This document shows, piece by piece, positions 35,048 to 43,180 of a stretch of 64,000 nt of DNA. This DNA comes from Flectonema sp. DT1601 (lineage: Eukaryota), in NCBI GenBank assembly GCA_964019425.1, contig OZ025803.1:806001-870000 (forward strand), given 5' to 3'. Within the stretch, counting starts at the first letter, position 1. Each line of letters opens with the position of its first letter. The translations under genes and the position numbers were made by a program. A model generated the notes under the pieces. It saw nothing but the letters and a program-made list of their open reading frames with translations, made no database searches and had not been told where the DNA came from.

Positions 35048-38000
35048 TCATTTACCTTCCAAGAATCTCGTCATCAGCATCTCTAAACGATCCATCCTTC
35101 GTTCCATCGTATCCTGTTCAGCTGTCGACTTCTTCACAGTTTTCTTTGTCACAACCTGCTCTACAGGACCTACTTCCTTCAAGGCTCCTTTCCTCTCCTC
35201 AATCTTCACACCCGCTTCCCGCCAGAGTCTCTTCCCCTTCCCCTTACCATGAAAGGATAAGAATTCTGCTCGCAAGTAGCAACGATTAGAGGCCTCCCCC
35301 TCTGTTGGATCACGTCTCTTCTCCGGCGGAGTAAGGCCTTTTTCCGGTGTGCTCTCCGCAGTTGACGTTGGCTGAGTTTTCTCCTTCACATCCACCTCTC
35401 TGGCAGCTTGGCGCTTCTTACGATTTTGTCTTTGAACTACCTCAACCGTACATGCCCTACCGTCGATTAATACCGTGTCGTCATCCGGCACTTCAGCACG
35501 CACCCTCATCCATCTGTATCCAGTCCTTACTCCATCCACGGTTGCTCTCACATGCCACCCATCCTTCGCCAGCAGCGCTACCGCTTCACGGGGAAGTACA
35601 TCTAACGGAATTCCCGAGATTTCTAATTCAGGGAGCTTTGCAGGGATCCCCAGTTTTTCCCTGGTTACATCTTCCAGCTCCGGTGAAACTCTGATACCAA
35701 AACCTTTAGGGTTTTCGACTAATCCCAACGATTCCAAGGAATCAGAGTGTTCAACTGCCTCCTTCAAAGAGCACTCGTCCTGAAGCCAAATAACTGTATC
35801 CTTCGGAGCCTCCCCTTCGTCTTGGATCCACAAGAACCTCCCATCTTTGCCGGAAGTTCTTAGCAGTTCCACCGCCCCGGATTTCCTCAGTCGGATGACA
35901 GCCGACACCGTACTCTTCGTTACCCCGAAGTTGTACGCTTCCATGAAGCCGGGTGTGTCCTTCATTTCTTTTGTGATGAGGTGCTCAGGCTTACTCGCTA
36001 ACTCAAGCCACTTATCATCCTTCCACCTTCTTTTAGGAGCGGTCACTATTGCCTTCACCGATTTAATACCCCGCTTACCCTTTGGTAGAGCAGCCTCACC
36101 CAGGTCATGAATGAAGATGCGATGTACCTTGTTTCCATCCTTGCTCGATAATAGCACGTGTTCCCTTCTTCCTTGTCCATTCACTTGGTCCAGCGTTACC
36201 ACGCTGCACGTTTTCCATGCAGGAACCTCCGGCTTCATCCCCAGAAGATCTCTTGCCTCCGAAGGCGTCGCAAGGGCTACTCCTTGATTCCCTTTCGATA
36301 CCTCCTCAAACTTCGTGACCGGAATGTTCCAATCAGCTTCCCTCAGGCTCCAGGAGTTCAACACTTCCCTCTCCTTCTTGTTGGTTTTCTCCCAGAGACG
36401 TCTGGCTTTTTCAACAGCTTTCATCGACTGCGTCGCTTTCTTTTCCAGTGATTCCCACTCGGATGTGCAGTTCCTCTGTACAGCTGATCTAACCTTTGAC
36501 TCATCAGTGGTGAGGCCGTAGGAGCGAGAGTAGGTCAGACCGTTCACTAAGTTGGCAATTCCCAGTGGTGGTTGGCTCGGGGCTACTACGACCTCATTCA
36601 CTTCTTCGCTTCTCTGCGCTCTCGATGAGGCCAACTCCTGTCTCAGTTCTTTTAGCTGAGTCTGGAGTTCCATGAGCAACTTCCTCAGCTCACCCTTCTC
36701 TTCTCTCTCTTTCTGGAGCTCCAGTCGGAGTTGTTCAATTCCCTGTTGTTGCGGAAGTACCGGCGGGTACGGTTGCCTTTGATGCATCGGTGCATAAGGC
36801 TGGTGCTGCATGTAGTAGACCGGAGGTTGGCTTACTGCATGCGTTTGCTGACGGAGGCTGCTTTGTTGGAGTTGGAGCTTCTGTTGCTGTTGTCGCAGTT
36901 TTCCTTCTTGAAGTTCCAGATCTAGCTTTGACTTCTGGTCTTCTTGTTGCTGTTGTTCGAACTCCTTTCCAAGCTCCCGTTGAAGTTGGAGCAGTTCCTT
37001 CCTCCCTTGTTCCTTCTCCTTTTCTTGTTGTTGTTGGAGTTGATGGCTACGCAGCTTCTGTTGTTCGAACTCCATGTCTAGCTTGTTCCTGAGACACTGG
37101 AGTTCCTTCCTACCCTTCTCCATCTCGTCCTCCTGCTGGCGTTGTAGTTGGAGTCGTTGATGCTCAAGGTCATCTTCCTGCTTTTTGATTTCTTCCCGTC
37201 TCTGTTGTTGTTGCTGCTGGTCCAGTTTGCCCTTTTCCAACTCCACATTCAGTTGATGTTGAAGCAGCTGCTGTTTTTCCTCCAGGCTAACCTGTTGCAG
37301 TTGCAGATTCTGTTGAATCCTGGACTGTTCTTGTTGTTGTTGGCGTTGGTCTTCTTCGAGTTGGCATCTTCTTCTTCGGAGAGATTCATCCTCGACAGCC
37401 TTCTCCTTGCTGTGCTGCTGTTCGAGCTGCTGTTGTTGGATCAGTATTTGTTCCTGCTTCTGTTGTAGGTCTGCTTTATATTGTAGCAGTTCTTGTTGTT
37501 GTTGGTTTAACAACTCTTGGCTATGTTGTTGGTTTTGATGTTGTTGTTGGACTTGATGCTCAAGTTGTTGTTGCTGTTGTATATGCTTATCCTGCTGTTG
37601 TTGGACTTGTTGATCAAGTTGCTGTTGCTGCTGCTGTTGGATTTCCTGCTGCTTTTTGACTTGATGGCTAAGTTGCTGTTCTTGCTGTTGTTGCTTCAGA
37701 CAGAGTTCATCTTCGTACTGAGTAAGAGCCTTCTGTTGTTGATGCAGATGTTCCTGGTTTTGTTGCTGTTGATGGTCCAGTTGTTTCTGGTTGACAAGTT
37801 GTTGCTGTTGATGGTTAGTCAGTACTTCCTCAAGCTGTTGTTGCTTTTGGAATAATTCTTCCTGTTTCTTCTGGAAGTTAACTTCTAGCTCACTCTGTTG
37901 TTTGCAGAGGAGCTCTTGTTGTTGCAGCAGTTCGTTCTTCTCTTCTTCCTGCTCTGCCTGTTTTTTCTTGAGGACCTTCTCGTCCTTCTTCCTGTCTTCG

Positions 38001-38212
38001 TCCCGATCCAGCCTTCTTAGGCCATCCCGTGCGAGTCTCTCCCTCAACTCGTCTCGTTCCTTCGTGTCTACGCTCGTCTTCCTGTCTTTCTTACCGTTCC
38101 CGTTCTCTGTGTGTGCTTTCCGGTTCCTTTCCTTCCGTGAGAGTATTTCACCTCCCATCTGGTTGCAAAATTTAGTCGGTCTCTGCCGTCCGAGACCGCC
38201 GCGTGGAGGCAT
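35048..38212 (-). CDS. ORF1 of family-A element: basic N-terminus, long Gln/Glu-rich coiled coil, globular C-terminal region
   Basis: Uninterrupted 1054-aa ORF between the 5' ribozyme fold and ORF2. No CCHC knuckle seen. Confidence 0.85.
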   Translation of the reverse strand: MPPRGGLGRQRPTKFCNQMGGEILSRKERNRKAHTENGNGKKDRKTSVDTKERDELRERLARDGLRRLDRDEDRKKDEKVLKKKQAEQEEEKNELLQQQELLCKQQSELEVNFQKKQEELFQKQQQLEEVLTNHQQQQLVNQKQLDHQQQQNQEHLHQQQKALTQYEDELCLKQQQQEQQLSHQVKKQQEIQQQQQQQLDQQVQQQQDKHIQQQQQLEHQVQQQHQNQQHSQELLNQQQQELLQYKADLQQKQEQILIQQQQLEQQHSKEKAVEDESLRRRRCQLEEDQRQQQQEQSRIQQNLQLQQVSLEEKQQLLQHQLNVELEKGKLDQQQQQQRREEIKKQEDDLEHQRLQLQRQQEDEMEKGRKELQCLRNKLDMEFEQQKLRSHQLQQQQEKEKEQGRKELLQLQRELGKEFEQQQQEDQKSKLDLELQEGKLRQQQQKLQLQQSSLRQQTHAVSQPPVYYMQHQPYAPMHQRQPYPPVLPQQQGIEQLRLELQKEREEKGELRKLLMELQTQLKELRQELASSRAQRSEEVNEVVVAPSQPPLGIANLVNGLTYSRSYGLTTDESKVRSAVQRNCTSEWESLEKKATQSMKAVEKARRLWEKTNKKEREVLNSWSLREADWNIPVTKFEEVSKGNQGVALATPSEARDLLGMKPEVPAWKTCSVVTLDQVNGQGRREHVLLSSKDGNKVHRIFIHDLGEAALPKGKRGIKSVKAIVTAPKRRWKDDKWLELASKPEHLITKEMKDTPGFMEAYNFGVTKSTVSAVIRLRKSGAVELLRTSGKDGRFLWIQDEGEAPKDTVIWLQDECSLKEAVEHSDSLESLGLVENPKGFGIRVSPELEDVTREKLGIPAKLPELEISGIPLDVLPREAVALLAKDGWHVRATVDGVRTGYRWMRVRAEVPDDDTVLIDGRACTVEVVQRQNRKKRQAAREVDVKEKTQPTSTAESTPEKGLTPPEKRRDPTEGEASNRCYLRAEFLSFHGKGKGKRLWREAGVKIEERKGALKEVGPVEQVVTKKTVKKSTAEQDTMERRMDRLEMLMTRFLEGK

Positions 38213-38225
38213 TTTGTGTGGTCCC
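38165..38225 (-). ncRNA. HDV-like self-cleaving ribozyme at the 5' end of the retroelement
   Basis: GGGACC-ACA-CAAAAU-GCC-UCCACGC-GGC-GGUCUC-GG-A-CGG-CAGAGA-CCG-A-CUAA-AUUUUG. P1 GGGACC/GGUCUC, P2 CAAAAU/AUUUUG, P3 GCC/GGC, L3 UCCACGC, P1.1 CC/GG, P4 CGG/CCG, J4/2 C-UAA carrying the catalytic C. Confidence 0.88.
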
Positions 38226-38268
38226 TAAAATAAAAAACCATCAATCTTTTTTTTTTTTTATCTTCAGA

Positions 38269-38340
38269 TCCGCTGTAGTATAGTGGTTAGAACACCTGGC
38301 CCTCACCCAGGAAACCGGGGTTCAATTCCCCGCAGCGGAA
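38269..38340 (+). tRNA. tRNA-Glu (anticodon CTC)
   Basis: Acceptor stem TCCGCTG/CAGCGGA, D loop AGTGGTTA, anticodon stem CCTGG/CCAGG with loop CC-CTC-AC, T arm CGGGG-TTCAATT-CCCCG. Confidence 0.93.
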
Positions 38341-38345
38341 TTTTT
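38341..38345 (+). terminator. RNA polymerase III terminator (T5)
   Basis: TTTTT immediately after the tRNA discriminator base. Confidence 0.75.
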
Positions 38346-38536
38346 ATGTCACCTGTGATTGAGATATTACTATGTCACGGCCTGCATTGAAGCAAATCAA
38401 AACTGAAACGCAATTGGGTCAAATAAGCCTGGAAAGGACTGCTTTTAGCAAGGAACTCTTTGACTGGAAATAATTATGTGGAGACTCTTGTGAATTGGAC
38501 ATATTTTTCCTCACAAGCATAATCCGTTAGTTGTGA

Positions 38537-41500
38537 CTACAAGTACACCCGAAGCACCTCAAGAAGAGTGTTGTCATCAGGTATGTTGTGGCCTACACTG
38601 CTGACGGCAAAGATTAGTGGGAGTATGATAACAATTAGACAAACAATCACTTCACACAGTAGCATCACAAGCCCAGAAGCATCGATAACTGAAGTGTTAA
38701 TAGTAGTTGAGACATAGTATGGAACAGCTATTACAAACAAAGTAGCTGTGAAAAGTGGAAAGAGTAATCTATGTGTTAGGAGAGGAGAACATTTAATTAG
38801 ACGAGCAACAGCCAGCAGCGCGCACCAAAATGGGACGAAGGTGGCACCTGGAGCTGGAGCAGAGTCAGGTGAGGGGAATACCTTGAAATAAAATTCCCAC
38901 ACACAAACACAACCCGCCACCACGATGATAAACTGCTGGTATCCCCATGATTTGGTTTTCCAAACCAATGCCAATGCAGCAATAAGCATACCAACACCAA
39001 CAGCAAGAGGACCAAGCTCAAACGGGATCACTTCGTAATAATAAATAGCACTGCTGGCTGCAAATAACGAAGTCGCAATCCGCTCTTGCAAAAATGTATT
39101 TGTTTCAGCATCTGCACTGAGACGCGCAATTTTCATGCAGAATAACGCAGCTATGAGGCTGGAGATGCACAGAGACATTACTACTGCTTTGGAAACAGCC
39201 CAGTCACTTCGCTTGACAAAACTGTAGGCCAACAGCATGGAAAATAGAATTTGGTATGAACAACCAGCAGTCATTGCTGTCGTAGCAAAACCACTACTGG
39301 CAGCAATAACAACAATTCCAATACCAGAACTGATTATAACTATTTCGTTGGCAGAGCTCCCCGGAATGACTCCGAGCAGGAATAAAGAACTCAGACTTTG
39401 GGTTGCCTGAACTCCAGCCAACAATATCAACAGCTTTGCTGCTGAAATAGTTTGTGTTGGAGAAGGTTGCAATTCTATTTCCTCAAAAATAACAGCAACA
39501 TCTTCAAACACTGTCACTAAGAAACCTGAAACGGAACTTAGTCGGTGCCAGTCAGGCGGTTGTGTGGCTTTCACCATAACGACTAAGGTATCATTGATAT
39601 CTCTATCTGAGAAAACTAGAAGCACATCAGTTGCTAATAAATTCAATTGGTTTGCCACATCTTCGTAAACATCACCTGTGTGATGTGGTCCTTTACCAGT
39701 CTCAATCCGGTATGTGCAAGAGTAACAGCAAAGATCGTCTGCTGGATACATTCCCTCCACCATGCTAATCTTTGAATCTTCTACAGTAATCAGAGTACAG
39801 TAATCAATACTAACATTTATAGCAGTACATGAAGACGGTTCGATATTTTTCAAAATACTTTTTAGTGTGTTGGGGATGTTCGTTTCTTGATCTTCCGCAG
39901 CAGTTAATTTCAGAATAGTTGAGGCCAAAGGGGTTGTAATTAAATGAACCGGAGATACTTGTAAGAGTGTCCAGCTGTAGCTGTCGGTACTTGCAGTGTT
40001 TGTCATCCACACAGAGGGATGAATTGGGCAAGTTGCCGCGACTGACAACACAAAGATTTCTCTGTCAGACTCTTCATTTGGCGATATTAATGACGAGACA
40101 CTGTCAATGTACGTGTCGCTGATTCCAACACTCTGAGAAAGTTCAGCAATAAAATCATTTGGTTCAAGTCGAGTAGAGTTTTCCCATTCGACTGTCATTT
40201 CGATACTGATCAACGGATGCTTTAGAATTTCAAAACCACCAACAGTCTGGATAACATCCCAGTTGGGTTCCTCTTGACAACAAACACAAATTTGAAGAAC
40301 AAAATGATGCGGATCCTTAACGGAAAAGACAAAAGATCTAAAATCATTCTGTTCAATCACAAGAGTAGAAGACAAATCCTGAAACACTTCAGAATATATA
40401 TCAGAGGTAATCTGTTCATGTGAATTAGAACTGCGAAGTTGAAATCGCATTGAAAATGTTCTAAGAGGCTGCTGCTCAATATCCCTGACTTGCATGGTGC
40501 TAATCAACCTGACTTCAATACCGTCAAGCTCCCGAATCCCAGTGAAGATCGGTTCACTCTTTGACGATATCGTTGCTTCAATAAATGCCACCTTAACATC
40601 ATCACTGTCATTACCAACAACTAACGACATGTTCCTGACACACTTGTGACTTATATAAAGGGCGCTGGCTAGTGCAAAGCGAATGCGAAGTTCCATCTGA
40701 GGAGTTATTGGTTTTGAAGGGTGAACTAAAACAATCCTAACAGGTGTTGATATTAATGTTCCTTCGGGCAGCTCGGAATAGTCAGAAATGTTTGAGCTAC
40801 GAAGAGAATCGCAGTCCGCAGCTAGATTGTTACAGTTGTTGTTGGTAACTACCTCCGCGAGAGGTTTGACGTCTTCTTCGGATGAATCTTCCTTCGTGTC
40901 CTCTTCCTTCACATCTATGTCTGTCACCGCCTCGACAGTCTCCTCTTCTGGTGATATTTCCTGCGAAGGTGTTGACTCAATTTCTTGGCTGGACCTCCTC
41001 ACCCAGTTCTCTTTTTCTTGTAAATGTTTCTTTTCCTGCTCTGCTAGTTGTGCTTTTACTCTCTCAAGTTCTTCCTGCTGCCTTAAGAATTCCTCTTCCT
41101 TCTGTTGTTCCCTTTGCTTTCTCTGTTCCTCTTGAGCTTGAAGAAGTCTATTTGTGATAGCTGCATTTTGAACAACTTTGGAAAGAGCATCCGAATTTTG
41201 ATGAACGTCTTCTTTTTGACTTACAAACTGATCGGCTGGTGGAGGAATTTCCGACTGAGTTTCTTGTTCAGCACCTTGTGGGGCAGCCACAGTAAAAGGG
41301 AACTGTGTTGAAGGATTGTATTCATTCCTGTGGATGTTCATTTTGTTTTGCGGTGGGACAAATGGATTCGCATTCTGTGAAACGGCAGCTGTTTGAATCC
41401 GTTCTCGAAGTAGCTGCCGCTCGAGGTCACGAGTCAGAACTGAAGTAGGCTGTTGTTGGTATTGGTGAGGCTGCCCAACAATTCCTGCAGGTGCTTGATT

Positions 41501-43180
41501 GATGACTGACCCAAACTGAGATCCTCTACGGCCGGCACCAGCTTGCATCTGTCCCCAAATATCAGTTCGTGGTGGTGCGGGTTTTGTCATTTCTCCAAAA
41601 TTAGCGTTTCTCTGATCGAAGTTAGTCCGACCAAAACCATTTTGAGCTGCTACTTCTGATCTCTGTTGTCGCGCACGGAGCCTTGCCACCACCATCCCAG
41701 CAGGAGATACGTCAGTATTCGCCTGAGGATTTCCAGTTTCCGACTGCCGTTCAATGTAAGCCCGTAGTGACGCCGCTCCTGTTGAATGTTCTTTGTAGGT
41801 ATCGATGACTGCCTCGAGAGTTATCTTTTCATTTTCGGGTTTAACAGCCTCTATGTGTTCACTGTTATTCTGTTCGTGTTCAATGTAAGGCTCTACGACA
41901 TCTTGTGTTGGTTGGTTTGAAAGGTTACTTTGTAGGATTTCAACTGGATCGTGACTTATGTCTTCAGTATTCTGTTCTACTTGTTCATCAGGTAGAATAA
42001 TTGTTACGTTAGCATGCTCTATAAACTTCACCTGACTGCTATGTCTGCTGCCAGGCTTCAGCTTCTCAGTAGACGCAGGCCTTGAGTCGCTTGTCAACTG
42101 AACTTCGGAAGTGGCGTTGTTTATGTATTTTATTGGATGCAATAATATCGAATAACTAAAGTAAGCACCTATTCCAACAAATCCTGACAGAACCATTGCT
42201 ATAGGAATTAACGACACAATGAGACCTCCAGACAATGCGAACTTGTCTACTGTTGATTTTCCAACAAGGGGTGGGATCCACAAGCATACAGCCAAACTTG
42301 CATAAACTATATAACTGACGAATAATAAAATTCGCAGTGGAAGTCCAGCGAAGGAATCAGATGTCATTTCTTGCGTTATTTCTTCTGAGGGTTGGTCAGC
42401 ACGGCTTTCTTTGTACTCCTCAACAACTGCGTTGTTAATTTCTTGCGTCACTTCTGTGAGATCCGAGTCATCAACGTCAACGACTGTTATTGGAATGTTG
42501 TTTTCAGAACTGGACGAGCCTTGAAAACCTCCACTTTCAGGATTGAATTTCTGATCAGGCAACTCGTCTACTATTTCACCACTACCCGTTGACTCAGAGA
42601 CGATAATACTTTCTTGTTTAGGTGATGTCCTAACATGTTTTAAATGTGGAACATACCCAACAACAATAAGTAATATTAACATAGCAAGTGCTGGTGAAGA
42701 CACATATAAATTAACTTCTAAGTCACTATAGCCTAAACAAGGACCAATACTGTATGTTATAGTAGAAAAGTTTGATGCTACGACGCTGTCTGTGCAGGCG
42801 ATAATGTGAGTTGAGCAAGGTGGTGTGTTTGATACATTAAAAACAATCAAACTTTTATTTGTATAAAATCCAACTAATTTATCACTGATCGAAACTGTTA
42901 GGCTGTCCGACAAGTTGTAGTTTATAAGAAAATCTGAATTTCGAATTGTTAGTTCGTTTCCCAAGGCGTCTTCAACTTCATTTCCAAGAGCAAGTTTCAC
43001 TCCAGTGCCAGCTGACTTGCCAATTACTACAACTTCACAGTTAGTTGCTGTTACTTCTATTAGGCTTTCACTGTTGTCATAAGAACCCGGTAGACCACCT
43101 AAATGATCATAGTCTGCGGAAGTCTTCCACGTAACCTGCAAACCAACGTGTGCTACCACAAATATCAGTAAGTGTAACAT
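38537..43180 (-). CDS. Large uncharacterised membrane protein (signal peptide, central low-complexity/coiled-coil region, degenerate repeats, multi-pass C-terminus)
   Basis: 1547-aa ORF; hydrophobic segments judged by eye; no recognisable catalytic motif. Confidence 0.8.
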   Translation of the reverse strand: MLHLLIFVVAHVGLQVTWKTSADYDHLGGLPGSYDNSESLIEVTATNCEVVVIGKSAGTGVKLALGNEVEDALGNELTIRNSDFLINYNLSDSLTVSISDKLVGFYTNKSLIVFNVSNTPPCSTHIIACTDSVVASNFSTITYSIGPCLGYSDLEVNLYVSSPALAMLILLIVVGYVPHLKHVRTSPKQESIIVSESTGSGEIVDELPDQKFNPESGGFQGSSSSENNIPITVVDVDDSDLTEVTQEINNAVVEEYKESRADQPSEEITQEMTSDSFAGLPLRILLFVSYIVYASLAVCLWIPPLVGKSTVDKFALSGGLIVSLIPIAMVLSGFVGIGAYFSYSILLHPIKYINNATSEVQLTSDSRPASTEKLKPGSRHSSQVKFIEHANVTIILPDEQVEQNTEDISHDPVEILQSNLSNQPTQDVVEPYIEHEQNNSEHIEAVKPENEKITLEAVIDTYKEHSTGAASLRAYIERQSETGNPQANTDVSPAGMVVARLRARQQRSEVAAQNGFGRTNFDQRNANFGEMTKPAPPRTDIWGQMQAGAGRRGSQFGSVINQAPAGIVGQPHQYQQQPTSVLTRDLERQLLRERIQTAAVSQNANPFVPPQNKMNIHRNEYNPSTQFPFTVAAPQGAEQETQSEIPPPADQFVSQKEDVHQNSDALSKVVQNAAITNRLLQAQEEQRKQREQQKEEEFLRQQEELERVKAQLAEQEKKHLQEKENWVRRSSQEIESTPSQEISPEEETVEAVTDIDVKEEDTKEDSSEEDVKPLAEVVTNNNCNNLAADCDSLRSSNISDYSELPEGTLISTPVRIVLVHPSKPITPQMELRIRFALASALYISHKCVRNMSLVVGNDSDDVKVAFIEATISSKSEPIFTGIRELDGIEVRLISTMQVRDIEQQPLRTFSMRFQLRSSNSHEQITSDIYSEVFQDLSSTLVIEQNDFRSFVFSVKDPHHFVLQICVCCQEEPNWDVIQTVGGFEILKHPLISIEMTVEWENSTRLEPNDFIAELSQSVGISDTYIDSVSSLISPNEESDREIFVLSVAATCPIHPSVWMTNTASTDSYSWTLLQVSPVHLITTPLASTILKLTAAEDQETNIPNTLKSILKNIEPSSCTAINVSIDYCTLITVEDSKISMVEGMYPADDLCCYSCTYRIETGKGPHHTGDVYEDVANQLNLLATDVLLVFSDRDINDTLVVMVKATQPPDWHRLSSVSGFLVTVFEDVAVIFEEIELQPSPTQTISAAKLLILLAGVQATQSLSSLFLLGVIPGSSANEIVIISSGIGIVVIAASSGFATTAMTAGCSYQILFSMLLAYSFVKRSDWAVSKAVVMSLCISSLIAALFCMKIARLSADAETNTFLQERIATSLFAASSAIYYYEVIPFELGPLAVGVGMLIAALALVWKTKSWGYQQFIIVVAGCVCVWEFYFKVFPSPDSAPAPGATFVPFWCALLAVARLIKCSPLLTHRLLFPLFTATLFVIAVPYYVSTTINTSVIDASGLVMLLCEVIVCLIVIILPLIFAVSSVGHNIPDDNTLLEVLRVYL

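Larger units (their letters stand above)
30857..38225 (-). mobile_element. Family-A non-LTR retrotransposon copy 2, apparently full length and intact
   Basis: 5' ribozyme fold, ORF1 (1054 aa), in-frame ORF2, ~280-nt 3' UTR and (TAAA)5 tail. AACCATCA occurs at both flanks (30849-30856 and 38236-38243). Confidence 0.95.

Noticed and set aside
35048..35050. Genome-wide reassignment of UGA to an amino acid
   Set aside because: Long host ORFs contain no in-frame TGA, and CK1 (45367) and the SAM-BTB gene (52112) end in TGA at plausible C-termini.
35019..35051. AUG overlapping the ORF1 stop (AAAUGA) as a termination-reinitiation start for ORF2
   Set aside because: That AUG is in a different frame and closes after 10 codons (MTARRWKELG*); it does not enter ORF2.
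19869..36065. Two family-A copies as an assembly duplication or as LTRs
   Set aside because: The copies have different flanks, different 5' ends and scattered substitutions, and encode APE-type non-LTR proteins with tails, which fits independent insertions.
38300..38306. tRNA as a UGA suppressor because the loop contains UCA
   Set aside because: UCA is off-centre (positions 35-37) and arises in any tRNA-Glu(CUC) with A37; the centred anticodon is CUC.
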